From: Armatimonadota bacterium
Lineage (GTDB): Bacteria > Armatimonadota > Fimbriimonadia > Fimbriimonadales > Fimbriimonadaceae
Length of the DNA: 64,000 bases
Reading direction: 5' to 3'
NCBI GenBank assembly: GCA_031400935.1
Contig: JANNQV010000065.1
Span: 1-64,000, forward strand
In this document: positions 17,721 to 27,624 of the stretch, piece after piece
Layout of the letters: each line of letters begins with the position of its first letter
Numbering within the stretch: position 1 is the stretch's first letter
Program-made: the position numbers and the translations under genes
The notes under the pieces: model-generated
The model's input: only the letters and a program-made list of their open reading frames with translations
Told to the model about the DNA's origin: nothing
Databases searched by the model: none

Positions 17721-20700
17721 TCATCTTCTGTCTGCAAAGACTGGTACAACCAATCCCCTCGCTCCTTGAATCGGAGGTAGCTCAGCTTTTACGCTGACCG
17801 AAGAAAATCCAAAATTGTTCTTTGTAAAACTAAACCCTGGCAAATTATTGTTGTTGGTGATGTCGAAATCACCATCAACGGTTACCACTTCACCTTTGAA
17901 ATCTAATCCCGCGAGCGTTCGGCCAACGTATCCACTGACGACCAATACCTCGCCAGAATCAAGCCGTTTTGCATACGTTGCCCGCATATCCAAGGCATTT
18001 GTGTTCGATATGAATGTGCCAGTACGTCGCAGGACACGATACGCCTCACGAGGCAACATCCACCTGACTATCCAAGGACCATTGGCCGCAGGTTGAATAA
18101 TTTCCCAAACGCCTTCTGAGTCCGTGAACATGATCGCCACCCGATTGCCAAATGTGACATCTATAACATTCCGCATAGAAACAGATGACAAATTGCCAAG
18201 CTTCTTAATTCGGGTATAGGTTGCCGCAGAATTGAATGCAAGCAGTGCCGGATCGTAGTAAACGTTGGCTCCAAATCCTTGGACTGTAACCTCGTTTACT
18301 ACTTGCGTCGAATTTGCATCGAAAACTACAATTCCGCCGTTTCCTTCACTAGCTTCTCGAGGAAGTGCGTTAGTTGGAGCGTCTAACCCAAGGTCTACTC
18401 TTGTTGGCATCGCAGAACCGATTCCGGCAGCGTAAACCCATGAGCCAGTTCCTGGCAAAGTCTGACTCTCTACAAAAGTTCTTGCCAAGCCGTTGTAATC
18501 AAATCGCTTGCCAGAAAGTGTCGAAGGGCTGTGCCACCACAAAATGCTCGAAGCCGGTGAACCATCCGTTTGCGTGATCAAACCTTCAATTCGGCCAGTG
18601 ATGGTATTGACCCGATAACGGTCAATGACTTCCAATAGTCGCTTGTTGCCCGAATCCGCAATGATGTAGTGAATCCAGTATTCCCGCGGCTGCGGATTGT
18701 TGAGCTGAATGGGGTTGTTCTCGTACGTTGTGAAGGTCATCACATCGCGAGGCTCGCGCAGTTGGGCTGGTTCGCCATCAATATAGCCATCCGGCCTATA
18801 GGTAAGGTCAAGATTGAAGCCTGAGATCGAACGAAGTTCCCTTCCTCCGATGTCGAGTCGAATGATTCGATTCGCACCAGTATCGCAAACGATCATTTCC
18901 CGGTCGTTGAGAACGTAGGCTCTCGTAGGACGAACGAGAGGTTTGGTTTCTCCGCTTGTTCCGATATTGGTCTCTTGGCTTGATTTTATCGCCGCATCAG
19001 CAGTCCATATTGGATTGCCGCTGCCATCGAATCGTGCCAATCGGCCTTCATCGCAAATCAGATAGTCCGCTTTGCTAAACGCCCAAACTCCAAGTTCGCT
19101 CCAACTTGCAAGTACATTGTCGCCACCGACCACGCCAAACGAAGCCGTTGAAGGCCCAAGCACTGTTTGAAGCAATCGAACCCGGAAGTCGTCAAAATTC
19201 TTCATCCCAGCATATTGCGGCCAACGAATAGCCGGGTTGCCGCTGATATCGGGATTCGGCCCAGGGAAGCTACCCGTAATCTTCAAATGTGAAACTTGTT
19301 TCTGCCATGTTCGCTGAGGATCAGGCAATAGGAACGAATCGTTCGGCGCAATCTCAGCCGACATGGCAGTCAAAAGCCCATTTGTAGGCGGCGGGAACGT
19401 AGGCGGCCCCACAACCGAAATGAAGTAAGGCAATGCCGATTTTCCAGAAAGGAATAGAGTGTCGCCTGTGCACAGAACTGGGCCTGCACCATCGTCGCCG
19501 TCCCAGCCATGGAACACGGAATACCACAGCAGCGGGCTCCAACGATCCCCGTTTACAGATGGTTCGACAAGCAGATCAGGCTGCCCGTTTCTTCGAAGAA
19601 TCAGCGGTTGGCTAAGGCTCAAAGAGTTTCCAATAAATCCGCGAGGCACATTCATCAAGTTATCAAAGCGAATTACCCCGCTCGATCCACCAGTTGTTCG
19701 CTCGTATGTGAAGTTTGAATTTGAGAACTGCGAATAGATGCTTGGAGCATTTTTAATGTCGCTTCGAGCCAAGTCTGGCTGCAAAATTGTAAAGTTGCCG
19801 GTGATGTCTCCGACTACAACTTCCGGTATCGGAGGCGTAGCGCGGAATGCACATAAAATCGTGTTCGGAATGAACCCTTTCTGACCGCCAGCCGGCACAT
19901 AAACGACTCCGTTATGAATGGTTGGCGGGCCGATAAATCGCAAGTACTGGAATCGTCCGCCAAGAAATGGAACAATTTGAGTTAGCGGGTCGGTGTCTCG
20001 GAAAGTCTCAGAGTAAGTTGTTGAACCCACTTGATTGAGAGTGAAGGAATGTTCTCGATAGAGTTCAAAACGGCTTCGCATCTTGAATTCGCCGCGCTTT
20101 TCTTCTTGGAAAGCGTAATAACATCCGCCAGTGTTTTGGCTTGGCGTTGAAATATCCGGATCAGAATGAACAACGTGGATCATGCCATCTGGAGCTATGG
20201 CTACGTTCCCTAAAATTCGCCTTCGACGACGTGTGTCGTCAGGCATAAACAATTGACCGCGAAGAATTTGAGAACCAAGCCCCGGAGTGCCCGCTCCCCA
20301 GTCCACTGAATAGTCAACTCGGATTGAATAGTTTAAGGGAATCGTCTGTAAGGGCTCCAATGGGAATCTCAGTAATCCCGGTCCAGGCTGGCTTACACCA
20401 GTTGTGAACAAGCTGTCCAATACGGCGGGTGTCACCGGGTTACCAAAATTGTCAATAACGGTCAATTTGATTCCGACCGGGCTTGGGCCTGCAGGCATAA
20501 GGACAGACAGACCGTTTAAACTTGCTCTTGTAACCAAAAACAGTGCTCCAGCATTTACAGCCCACGAAAAAGGCTTTTCGCCCTTGACGCCAAGCCACAT
20601 ACTGTGAATTGCGGCATTTGCGTTTGGACCTCCAAAAGCTGCTGGACGTGTAGGAACGTATACGACCCGATCTAACGCTCCGGATCCGTCATTTACAGGA

Positions 20701-22346
20701 ATATAACCAACTGTCGGACTTGATGTCGGCTTGCCCATTATCGGTGAAGATGCACCGCCGCATAGCCATGGCCCTGCAGAAGTCAATGGAGCCAATGTGG
20801 CGCCATCCACAATCCAAACTCGGCCAACGCTGGATAACCCAGTATTTACTTGGTCTGAAATCAAATATAAGCCGTCGTGATAAGTTGGAGCGTACGGCCC
20901 ACGTCCTGGAAGGCCTGGTTCAACCTCGGCTGCGGCCGGAGGGTTTATCGTCGCAAGGTTGGCCCCTGTCATAGCATCAAACACAACCATTCGGCCGCCG
21001 GAATCAACGATAGAAACTTGATCTGGTGAACCACTTCCAGGAACCTCGGCGCACGTCGGCGGCGAAGTTGGCCCAAGGATATTCTGTTGCCAAATCAGGT
21101 CAACATTTGCGCCAAAAGCAAAATCAAGGACTCCATCATCTGGATTGCCGTCTTGATCTAAGTCAGTGCTTGGTTTCGCGTCTAGGCAGAACAACACGCC
21201 ATTGCTCACGGCATAAGTTCGACCTTTGTAAATCGCTGGCGGAATGTAATTAAACGAACCTGGAGTAGTCGCGAACCTGGCATCCCAGCTTTTTAGCATG
21301 GGCGCGCCCAAATCAAGAATGCTCGAATTGGTCTTTCGTGAGCCCTTTCCAATCTGGCTGTAGCTCGCCGAAAGATAGACCATGTTCATGACCAGCTTTG
21401 CAGCAGCGTCTGCGCTTCTTGAAAAATTCGGTTTCAATCCGTAAGGGCCTTGATTCGCAACAAAGTTGCCAGTAACTGGATCAACGACTTGATTTATGCT
21501 TCGACTCAAGCCTCGTGATGTCACAATCATGTAGCCTTCGCCAATCTGTGCAACGCCAATTTTAGAACCGAGTTCATCCTCAGCCACAGCTCTAAATAGG
21601 TTGGAATCGTATTCAGTGGCTGAATGATGTTGAGTCAAGTCGCCAAACCCTAACGCAGCTAAATCAACGTTTCTGAATCCAAGAAGATGCTCCGACTCCA
21701 TGTTATAGATATCGCCGGTCGTGATCGTATTCGGACGGTTAAAAATCGGATGAAGAAATTCGTAGCTGTTTGCAAGCCCGATGTTAGTGTTGCTTACGTT
21801 GAACGGAAGCGGAAATCCGTTCAAAACATCAACGATGAGCCCGCTGCCCGAAGCAACGTCAACCCAAAGGGTTCCACCCGCTTCTACGAATCTGCGCAGC
21901 TTTTCGCGCTCCGAAGAATTCAGAGAAAGAAATCGGTATGCCGGAACCAATAGCAAATCGTAATTGGCCATTTGGGCTTCGCCCGCCTGTGCCAAATTCA
22001 ATTCCCAATAGGGTGCGCTTTGCTTTGTAATAACTTCGTCAAGTGGGAGCGTAACTCCAGTCAGCGCGAACCATCGAGTTTGAATCTCTAAGGTAACCCT
22101 TGAAGGTGCACCCGGATTATAGAAAGTCCATCCTCCAGGCTTGATATTCCGGTTCGAATCCAAATTATAAAAAACATGAGGCGCATCGTTGGCAAAATTT
22201 AACGGCACTCCAGATTGCTGACTTGCAACTAAAACGACGGCCGCCCGAATCGGCACGGCTCGAAACGCATAGTTCAAAGTTGAAGCGACCGCTGGCATTG
22301 CCAGCGTTGCGAGGAGCCCTGAGAATAACAATTTGCGCAACATCAC
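17721..22346 (-). CDS. Giant secreted protein (1541 aa): DUF4159-like/GATase-fold N-domain, PQQ-like and NHL-like propeller repeats, DxDxDG Ca-loop
   Basis: Signal peptide; YDLLLVP...EREKLRRFVEAGGTLWVD; DLDQDGNPDD; IVCDTGANRIIRLD and IIADSGNKRLLEV. Confidence 0.72.
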   Translation of the reverse strand: MMLRKLLFSGLLATLAMPAVASTLNYAFRAVPIRAAVVLVASQQSGVPLNFANDAPHVFYNLDSNRNIKPGGWTFYNPGAPSRVTLEIQTRWFALTGVTLPLDEVITKQSAPYWELNLAQAGEAQMANYDLLLVPAYRFLSLNSSEREKLRRFVEAGGTLWVDVASGSGLIVDVLNGFPLPFNVSNTNIGLANSYEFLHPIFNRPNTITTGDIYNMESEHLLGFRNVDLAALGFGDLTQHHSATEYDSNLFRAVAEDELGSKIGVAQIGEGYMIVTSRGLSRSINQVVDPVTGNFVANQGPYGLKPNFSRSADAAAKLVMNMVYLSASYSQIGKGSRKTNSSILDLGAPMLKSWDARFATTPGSFNYIPPAIYKGRTYAVSNGVLFCLDAKPSTDLDQDGNPDDGVLDFAFGANVDLIWQQNILGPTSPPTCAEVPGSGSPDQVSIVDSGGRMVVFDAMTGANLATINPPAAAEVEPGLPGRGPYAPTYHDGLYLISDQVNTGLSSVGRVWIVDGATLAPLTSAGPWLCGGASSPIMGKPTSSPTVGYIPVNDGSGALDRVVYVPTRPAAFGGPNANAAIHSMWLGVKGEKPFSWAVNAGALFLVTRASLNGLSVLMPAGPSPVGIKLTVIDNFGNPVTPAVLDSLFTTGVSQPGPGLLRFPLEPLQTIPLNYSIRVDYSVDWGAGTPGLGSQILRGQLFMPDDTRRRRRILGNVAIAPDGMIHVVHSDPDISTPSQNTGGCYYAFQEEKRGEFKMRSRFELYREHSFTLNQVGSTTYSETFRDTDPLTQIVPFLGGRFQYLRFIGPPTIHNGVVYVPAGGQKGFIPNTILCAFRATPPIPEVVVGDITGNFTILQPDLARSDIKNAPSIYSQFSNSNFTYERTTGGSSGVIRFDNLMNVPRGFIGNSLSLSQPLILRRNGQPDLLVEPSVNGDRWSPLLWYSVFHGWDGDDGAGPVLCTGDTLFLSGKSALPYFISVVGPPTFPPPTNGLLTAMSAEIAPNDSFLLPDPQRTWQKQVSHLKITGSFPGPNPDISGNPAIRWPQYAGMKNFDDFRVRLLQTVLGPSTASFGVVGGDNVLASWSELGVWAFSKADYLICDEGRLARFDGSGNPIWTADAAIKSSQETNIGTSGETKPLVRPTRAYVLNDREMIVCDTGANRIIRLDIGGRELRSISGFNLDLTYRPDGYIDGEPAQLREPRDVMTFTTYENNPIQLNNPQPREYWIHYIIADSGNKRLLEVIDRYRVNTITGRIEGLITQTDGSPASSILWWHSPSTLSGKRFDYNGLARTFVESQTLPGTGSWVYAAGIGSAMPTRVDLGLDAPTNALPREASEGNGGIVVFDANSTQVVNEVTVQGFGANVYYDPALLAFNSAATYTRIKKLGNLSSVSMRNVIDVTFGNRVAIMFTDSEGVWEIIQPAANGPWIVRWMLPREAYRVLRRTGTFISNTNALDMRATYAKRLDSGEVLVVSGYVGRTLAGLDFKGEVVTVDGDFDITNNNNLPGFSFTKNNFGFSSVSVKAELPPIQGARGLVVPVFADRR

Positions 22347-25300
22347 TTAAGAACCTCTCCAAAGTAAGCCAAAGTCGGACTGACAGGAAGCCGCGGCATC
22401 GGCGCGAGCGGCCTTCCAAAAGCATCGTAGCGAACGTACGGGTTTGCAGCGGAATCAATGTATCCATCAACCCTTCCCGTAGCCAAATTCGGGTCGTAAA
22501 TCGTAATCAAGTTCGGAACATACAAGCTAGCGGCTGGATTGCCGAGCGAAATGTCCGTTCCTGCAGGCACATGATCTCCCGGAATCAACACAGGCGTAGC
22601 TGAGTTGCCGGAGAACGTATGCCAGCCGCCAATGGTTCGTGGAATCCAACCCCATTTCTTCAGCCATTCGGCTTGATAACTGGCTGGAAGCGGCATGTTT
22701 TCTGAAACCGAACCCATAATTTGAACTCGAACATCTAGCGGCTCGCTGTAAAACGGAGTTTTGGGTGCTGAACCATAATCGCGAATTCGGTCTAACTGAG
22801 CAAGCCGAACGGCTTCCGCCTGGCTCAGGTTGAACGGCGCATTCTGATATCGCACTACATTGGCATAAAAAACATCGTGACGATCGTTCGGATTGTTGTT
22901 GAACCAATGCCCGGGAATGACTACAAAAGAACCCTGTTCTGCAAAGACAGAAGCTTCTATTCGCACGTCGTGCGGCGTGATCGCCATTCGTCGTAGCACG
23001 TAGTCGTTAGCTGGTTCAGTGCCAATCGGCTCATGACGAAGGGTAAACGTGTTGCTATCCTCGATAATCGTTCGGAACAGCCCTTCTCCAGTTGTATTTT
23101 CTAACAATGGGAATGTGAAAGTTGAAGTACTCGAAGCCAGCGGGTAGCTCATCGTTTCAAACTTCGAATATCGCTGCCAGCTTTCTCGGCCTAAACCATA
23201 GATAGGAACAAAATTCGGGATCGTGAAACCAGGAGTTGTGTATCCCGCCAGATATGGAGGGATATTGAATACTGAATTCGACTGAGGATTTGGGAAAGTA
23301 GCAAGTAACGGGAATAGGTAAGTGCTTGGGTTCGCTAAAGTCCCGATTCCGTAATTGACATCAAGCCCGATCATCGCGTATTGGCCGGCCCCATTGTCCA
23401 TTGAGTGCGTAATCAGCATGTCGCTCGACATTGCAGGACCGCTTCCAACTAATGTAAATTCTTGATAGTTGTCACTGAATGGCATCCACAGCGAAGGATT
23501 GTTCCCTGCACCAGTGGTATCCGGATTGAGAAGCATCTCGGCTTGCAATTCCAAGGTGTTTCCACCAACTGCCATGCGAACAGCATCGCCAGTGGGGTCG
23601 AGGCTTTGACCGTTGGTAGGGCCAAAGAACATCGTTGAATTGACCGCCACATAGTCCTTCGCCATGAGCATCAACATCGAAGCACTGGGACGGTTGATTC
23701 GGGCACCACCGAGGACGACACCCTTCGTGATGCTTCCTTCAATGTAAATTGTGCTCATCGAAACGACTGTCAGCTGGCGATCCGTTGGGATCACACCGCG
23801 AACACGAACATTGCCTTCGAACATCAAAACGCCATTGAACGGCATCCCTAGTTGGAAGTCAGCTGCAACTAAAGCTAAGTTTATGTTGACGCCAGGAGTA
23901 TATGAGTTAACAATATGAACTTGGCCATCGGTACCCACACCGAGTCTGTACCGGATATACGAACTCCCGGTATCGGAGCCATCGGGACGTCGCCAAGTTC
24001 TCTGATTTCCGGTTGCGGCACCGTCTCTTGTAATGGAAAATCCGTCGCTTAACAACTGAAGAAAAGCACCGCGAGGAATGTAGAACGAACCTTTCCAACC
24101 TGAATTTCGCTGGCCGTTGTTAGGATTGAACCAGTCGTGAACCAATGATCCTTCAGAACCTAAACCTTCTCTCTGATCTTCGTCGGCACCGTTCTGCCTG
24201 TCTTGCGTGTTATCAATATAAGGGCCTTGGCCGTGCGCAAATCGTCCGATATTTCCTCGCGGTCCTATTGAACCGCTCGTCCGAGTCAGCAAATGATAAC
24301 GATTCTCACCGGTTTGCGGGTCTGTGGCCGTGATACTCGGCCCCTCGATCGTTCCAACATTTCTTACCCAGCCTTGCGGATCAGCACCTTCAACACCGTC
24401 TCGAATGTGACCACTAATCGTATCGAATGGGTTTGACCGACTATCAGGTTGAATAAGTGCCTGCAAGTTTGTATTTGTTAACGGGTCCAGATATTCAAGA
24501 TCGAGTATGTTATTGATCCCGCCGTTGTCCATCCGTACGTTGTCGGCAATCTGAATGTTGTCGCCCAATGTGGTGTTAACAAATGCGGTTACATTTCCGT
24601 GAAATACAACTGGGGCATTGGACCGAATTCCGCCGCCATTTGGACGCAAAACTGGAATGCCAGGATTGTTCGGAACTAACGACATTCGTCCGAACTGTTG
24701 GGCAACTAGTACTGGCAATCCTCCAAAAGTTACACCGAGCGGATCAGGTATTCCAACATCCGCGGCACGAGAAACTTTGTCTCGATTTGTAATGAATCGT
24801 GCTTGGTCAATGAGTCCAACTGTAGCAAAGCCAATCAACTTGCGTGTCTTGACAATCTTCTTGTCAGCTTCAGCCATGTCCCCAAGGGCCGTTCGAAAGG
24901 CTACGGTCGTACCGTAGTTTCGAAATTGAATCGGGGTTATCGAACCTAAGGTCGTTGGGTCGTTTGGATTGATTCTCCCAGGCCGACCAATCGCTTCGAT
25001 GATAAGGTAATGCCTTGCTGCCCCAGGTGCACGAAGCTGGCCCACTTTATTCGCTTCAAATATGTTTGGATCGCTGGGCGCCCATCGCACACGGACAACA
25101 GATCGTCCATTGTCAAATGGCACACGAGTATACGGACCTAATCCGTCTGGCCCGCCGATGTCTCGAACCGGATCTGCATCAAATCGAAGTCCAAACCCTG
25201 TGCCGGGACGAAGAAAATACATGTCGGGATCGTTCGTTGTATCGGTTCCGATTGGTGCAAGCTCTATTGGCTCGCCGCGCCAGTCAGCACCGAGCCTAGA

Positions 25301-25519
25301 ATTCACAAATTGCGCTTGCGCGTACCGAATTCCAGCTTCGCTGAGGTCATTTGCAACAGCCCTGAGCCCAGCATCTCCAGCCTGGCGAATGTTTCGGCTG
25401 ACTATGCCGACGAACACTAAACCGAGCACCATCAAGATGCCCATGATCACAAGAGCGATGATTAACGTTTGGCCGCGTAAAGTTCGATTTCTCAACATGG
25501 TATTCCTAGCGAAGTACAT
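22343..25519 (-). CDS. Giant PilX/GspK-like minor pilin (~1050 aa)
   Basis: Class III signal RG|QTLIIALVIMGILMVLG without Glu5, plus the PilX-N motif ANDLSEAGIRYA. The start may be 25498. Confidence 0.8.
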   Translation of the reverse strand: MYFARNTMLRNRTLRGQTLIIALVIMGILMVLGLVFVGIVSRNIRQAGDAGLRAVANDLSEAGIRYAQAQFVNSRLGADWRGEPIELAPIGTDTTNDPDMYFLRPGTGFGLRFDADPVRDIGGPDGLGPYTRVPFDNGRSVVRVRWAPSDPNIFEANKVGQLRAPGAARHYLIIEAIGRPGRINPNDPTTLGSITPIQFRNYGTTVAFRTALGDMAEADKKIVKTRKLIGFATVGLIDQARFITNRDKVSRAADVGIPDPLGVTFGGLPVLVAQQFGRMSLVPNNPGIPVLRPNGGGIRSNAPVVFHGNVTAFVNTTLGDNIQIADNVRMDNGGINNILDLEYLDPLTNTNLQALIQPDSRSNPFDTISGHIRDGVEGADPQGWVRNVGTIEGPSITATDPQTGENRYHLLTRTSGSIGPRGNIGRFAHGQGPYIDNTQDRQNGADEDQREGLGSEGSLVHDWFNPNNGQRNSGWKGSFYIPRGAFLQLLSDGFSITRDGAATGNQRTWRRPDGSDTGSSYIRYRLGVGTDGQVHIVNSYTPGVNINLALVAADFQLGMPFNGVLMFEGNVRVRGVIPTDRQLTVVSMSTIYIEGSITKGVVLGGARINRPSASMLMLMAKDYVAVNSTMFFGPTNGQSLDPTGDAVRMAVGGNTLELQAEMLLNPDTTGAGNNPSLWMPFSDNYQEFTLVGSGPAMSSDMLITHSMDNGAGQYAMIGLDVNYGIGTLANPSTYLFPLLATFPNPQSNSVFNIPPYLAGYTTPGFTIPNFVPIYGLGRESWQRYSKFETMSYPLASSTSTFTFPLLENTTGEGLFRTIIEDSNTFTLRHEPIGTEPANDYVLRRMAITPHDVRIEASVFAEQGSFVVIPGHWFNNNPNDRHDVFYANVVRYQNAPFNLSQAEAVRLAQLDRIRDYGSAPKTPFYSEPLDVRVQIMGSVSENMPLPASYQAEWLKKWGWIPRTIGGWHTFSGNSATPVLIPGDHVPAGTDISLGNPAASLYVPNLITIYDPNLATGRVDGYIDSAANPYVRYDAFGRPLAPMPRLPVSPTLAYFGEVLK

Positions 25520-27623
25520 TGCGAATCGTTGCGCTCCCTTCTAACGTAATTTGTTGCGGATTTGGAACATTTGTTTGTGGATAGTTCCTAATGGTCAACA
25601 AAACACTCATTAGTTGGCGAGAATCGTAATCCGCTGAAAACACATCTCCCACCCTATTCAGTTGGAAGCGGTACCTGACCACAATGTTCCCTTGCGAAAG
25701 CGGAACATTAGGATCAGACTGAAATTGGACATAACCTGCTTTATATCGAGGTTGAATGATTGCCGATACAAAGTTCGCACTGTTATAGAGTGCAGGCGGG
25801 TTAGGCAATCCTATCAGACTGTAATCAATCGCACCTGTTCCGGGGTCTCTCGGTTCCGCCAAATCTGTATAGTTGATTCGATATTGATTTGGCCCAGGGT
25901 TCCTGGTCACTCTTGAATAGCGAACTTGGATTCCAAAATTTGGTCCAGGATTCTGGTCGGGGCCAAAGATTTCTTCACTTCCTGGAACGAGGTGAGACCT
26001 CGAAAATCCGACGGAGGGGTCAGGATTGAGCGGAGAGTCCGAACCATCGCTCATTCGATGAACGCGAAGGTCAATAAATCGGTGGATGTTTGGAAGCAGG
26101 CTAAAGTTAATCGGTCCGCCTGCAATTAGCTGCTCTCGCCAAATTTTGTTGAACGACGTGTTGATTTCGTATGCCGCGTTGCTCGGCGAATACACGGGGT
26201 CGTCCCAGTTTCCGCCTACCGCTCCAGCATTTACGCCAAGCGCAGGGCCAGTTCCTCGAGTTGGGTTAATGTCTGGCCTTCCTGCGTTTACTCCGACCTC
26301 GCTGATCGCAAAACTAGTGATCATTTTTCCGCCCGAATTGTCAACTGTCATGGGAACAAAAAGATCACGAATCCCACCTGTTAAGTTCGCGGCATAAGGT
26401 GCAATCGCAGTTGTAAACGGATAGGTGGCGTTAGTTCGAACTGATTCATTGTATAAATCAACGTCGAACAGTGGGACGCCATCGGTCGCTTCATTGGTCC
26501 CGGCAATATTGGGGTCAAATCCAAAAATCGAAAAGTGATTGTTGACTGGGTTCACGCGGCCTACCATATAGGTTGACTGCGCGCTTGGACTCCATCCTGT
26601 CGGCCAAACCCGAACAAGGAGTGAGCTCCAGCTGCCAAATTTGGTTCGAAAGACGTCTGGCGCAAAGCTCGACATGTTGTCGCCCTCTTCCGATTGTCGA
26701 ACAGCCGTTTGGCCCGTTGTTGGTTCGCTTCCGACACTTGTTGGGCGAAATTGAATTAGCGCTGTTAGGCGGGGCTTGTTGAAATCATAAACCACGAGCC
26801 TAGTTCGCTTGTCGAACAACGGCTGAATCATGTCGTAGCGGCTGACTTCCGTTACAATCGTAGCTCTGCGAAGCCAGTTGTTGACTGTCGTTGCTTTATC
26901 CGGATCAACTCCAACGGGAGGAGGGATCGTATAAGCCGGCAAAGGCACTGTCGGCGAAAAGAAATCGGGATCGTCGAACCATGGGCCAAACGTATCAGGA
27001 TTGCCGTCTCGGTTCAAATCAAAGAAGAAATTCGTGTTGACTGTGCCATCTGTATTGTAAGGCTCGACTTCAACTCGGTACAGCACATACAGGTTGTCAC
27101 GACCGCCTACACGCCTCATCAGCAATCCATCATAAGGGTTGTTATATGCAGCAAATGGATCTCTGAGCCCAATGAAATACCTGACAATTGTCGTTCCAGG
27201 CGTCACAGGGAGAACAACTTGTCCTTTAGGAGACCGCAAAGTAGGGTCGAAATGGCCAGTATTTGGGTTTAGATAGGCTCCAGTTCCAACTTCTCTCAAA
27301 GACGGATCGCCTTCCGCCGGCTTGATCATGTCAATTTTTGCGAATTGCAAGCCAACCGTTTCAGGATTTCCGTTTTCTCCCTGCACGATCACATTGATCA
27401 TGCCTTTAACACCGCCGTTGTCGCGAACTGCCGCAGAATTGCTCATCTCGCGGCTAATGCGTTCGATTAGCGTCCTGCCCTTTTCTTGAGCATCGGCAAA
27501 GCCTTGCCCGGTACGAAGCAAGTTAAAAGTCTGTATGACTGGAATGATGATGAGTGTCATCAATACGGCAGTGATTGCCAGCACCGTCAGCAACTCAATA
27601 AGAGTGAAAGCTCTTTGTTTCAT
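25506..27623 (-). CDS. Giant PilW/GspJ-like minor pilin (~705 aa)
   Basis: MKQRA|FTLIELLTVLAITAVL...AQEKGRTLIERISREM. The ATG at 27623 abuts the upstream stop. Confidence 0.82.
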   Translation of the reverse strand: MKQRAFTLIELLTVLAITAVLMTLIIIPVIQTFNLLRTGQGFADAQEKGRTLIERISREMSNSAAVRDNGGVKGMINVIVQGENGNPETVGLQFAKIDMIKPAEGDPSLREVGTGAYLNPNTGHFDPTLRSPKGQVVLPVTPGTTIVRYFIGLRDPFAAYNNPYDGLLMRRVGGRDNLYVLYRVEVEPYNTDGTVNTNFFFDLNRDGNPDTFGPWFDDPDFFSPTVPLPAYTIPPPVGVDPDKATTVNNWLRRATIVTEVSRYDMIQPLFDKRTRLVVYDFNKPRLTALIQFRPTSVGSEPTTGQTAVRQSEEGDNMSSFAPDVFRTKFGSWSSLLVRVWPTGWSPSAQSTYMVGRVNPVNNHFSIFGFDPNIAGTNEATDGVPLFDVDLYNESVRTNATYPFTTAIAPYAANLTGGIRDLFVPMTVDNSGGKMITSFAISEVGVNAGRPDINPTRGTGPALGVNAGAVGGNWDDPVYSPSNAAYEINTSFNKIWREQLIAGGPINFSLLPNIHRFIDLRVHRMSDGSDSPLNPDPSVGFSRSHLVPGSEEIFGPDQNPGPNFGIQVRYSRVTRNPGPNQYRINYTDLAEPRDPGTGAIDYSLIGLPNPPALYNSANFVSAIIQPRYKAGYVQFQSDPNVPLSQGNIVVRYRFQLNRVGDVFSADYDSRQLMSVLLTIRNYPQTNVPNPQQITLEGSATIRNVLR

Positions 27624-27624
27624 A

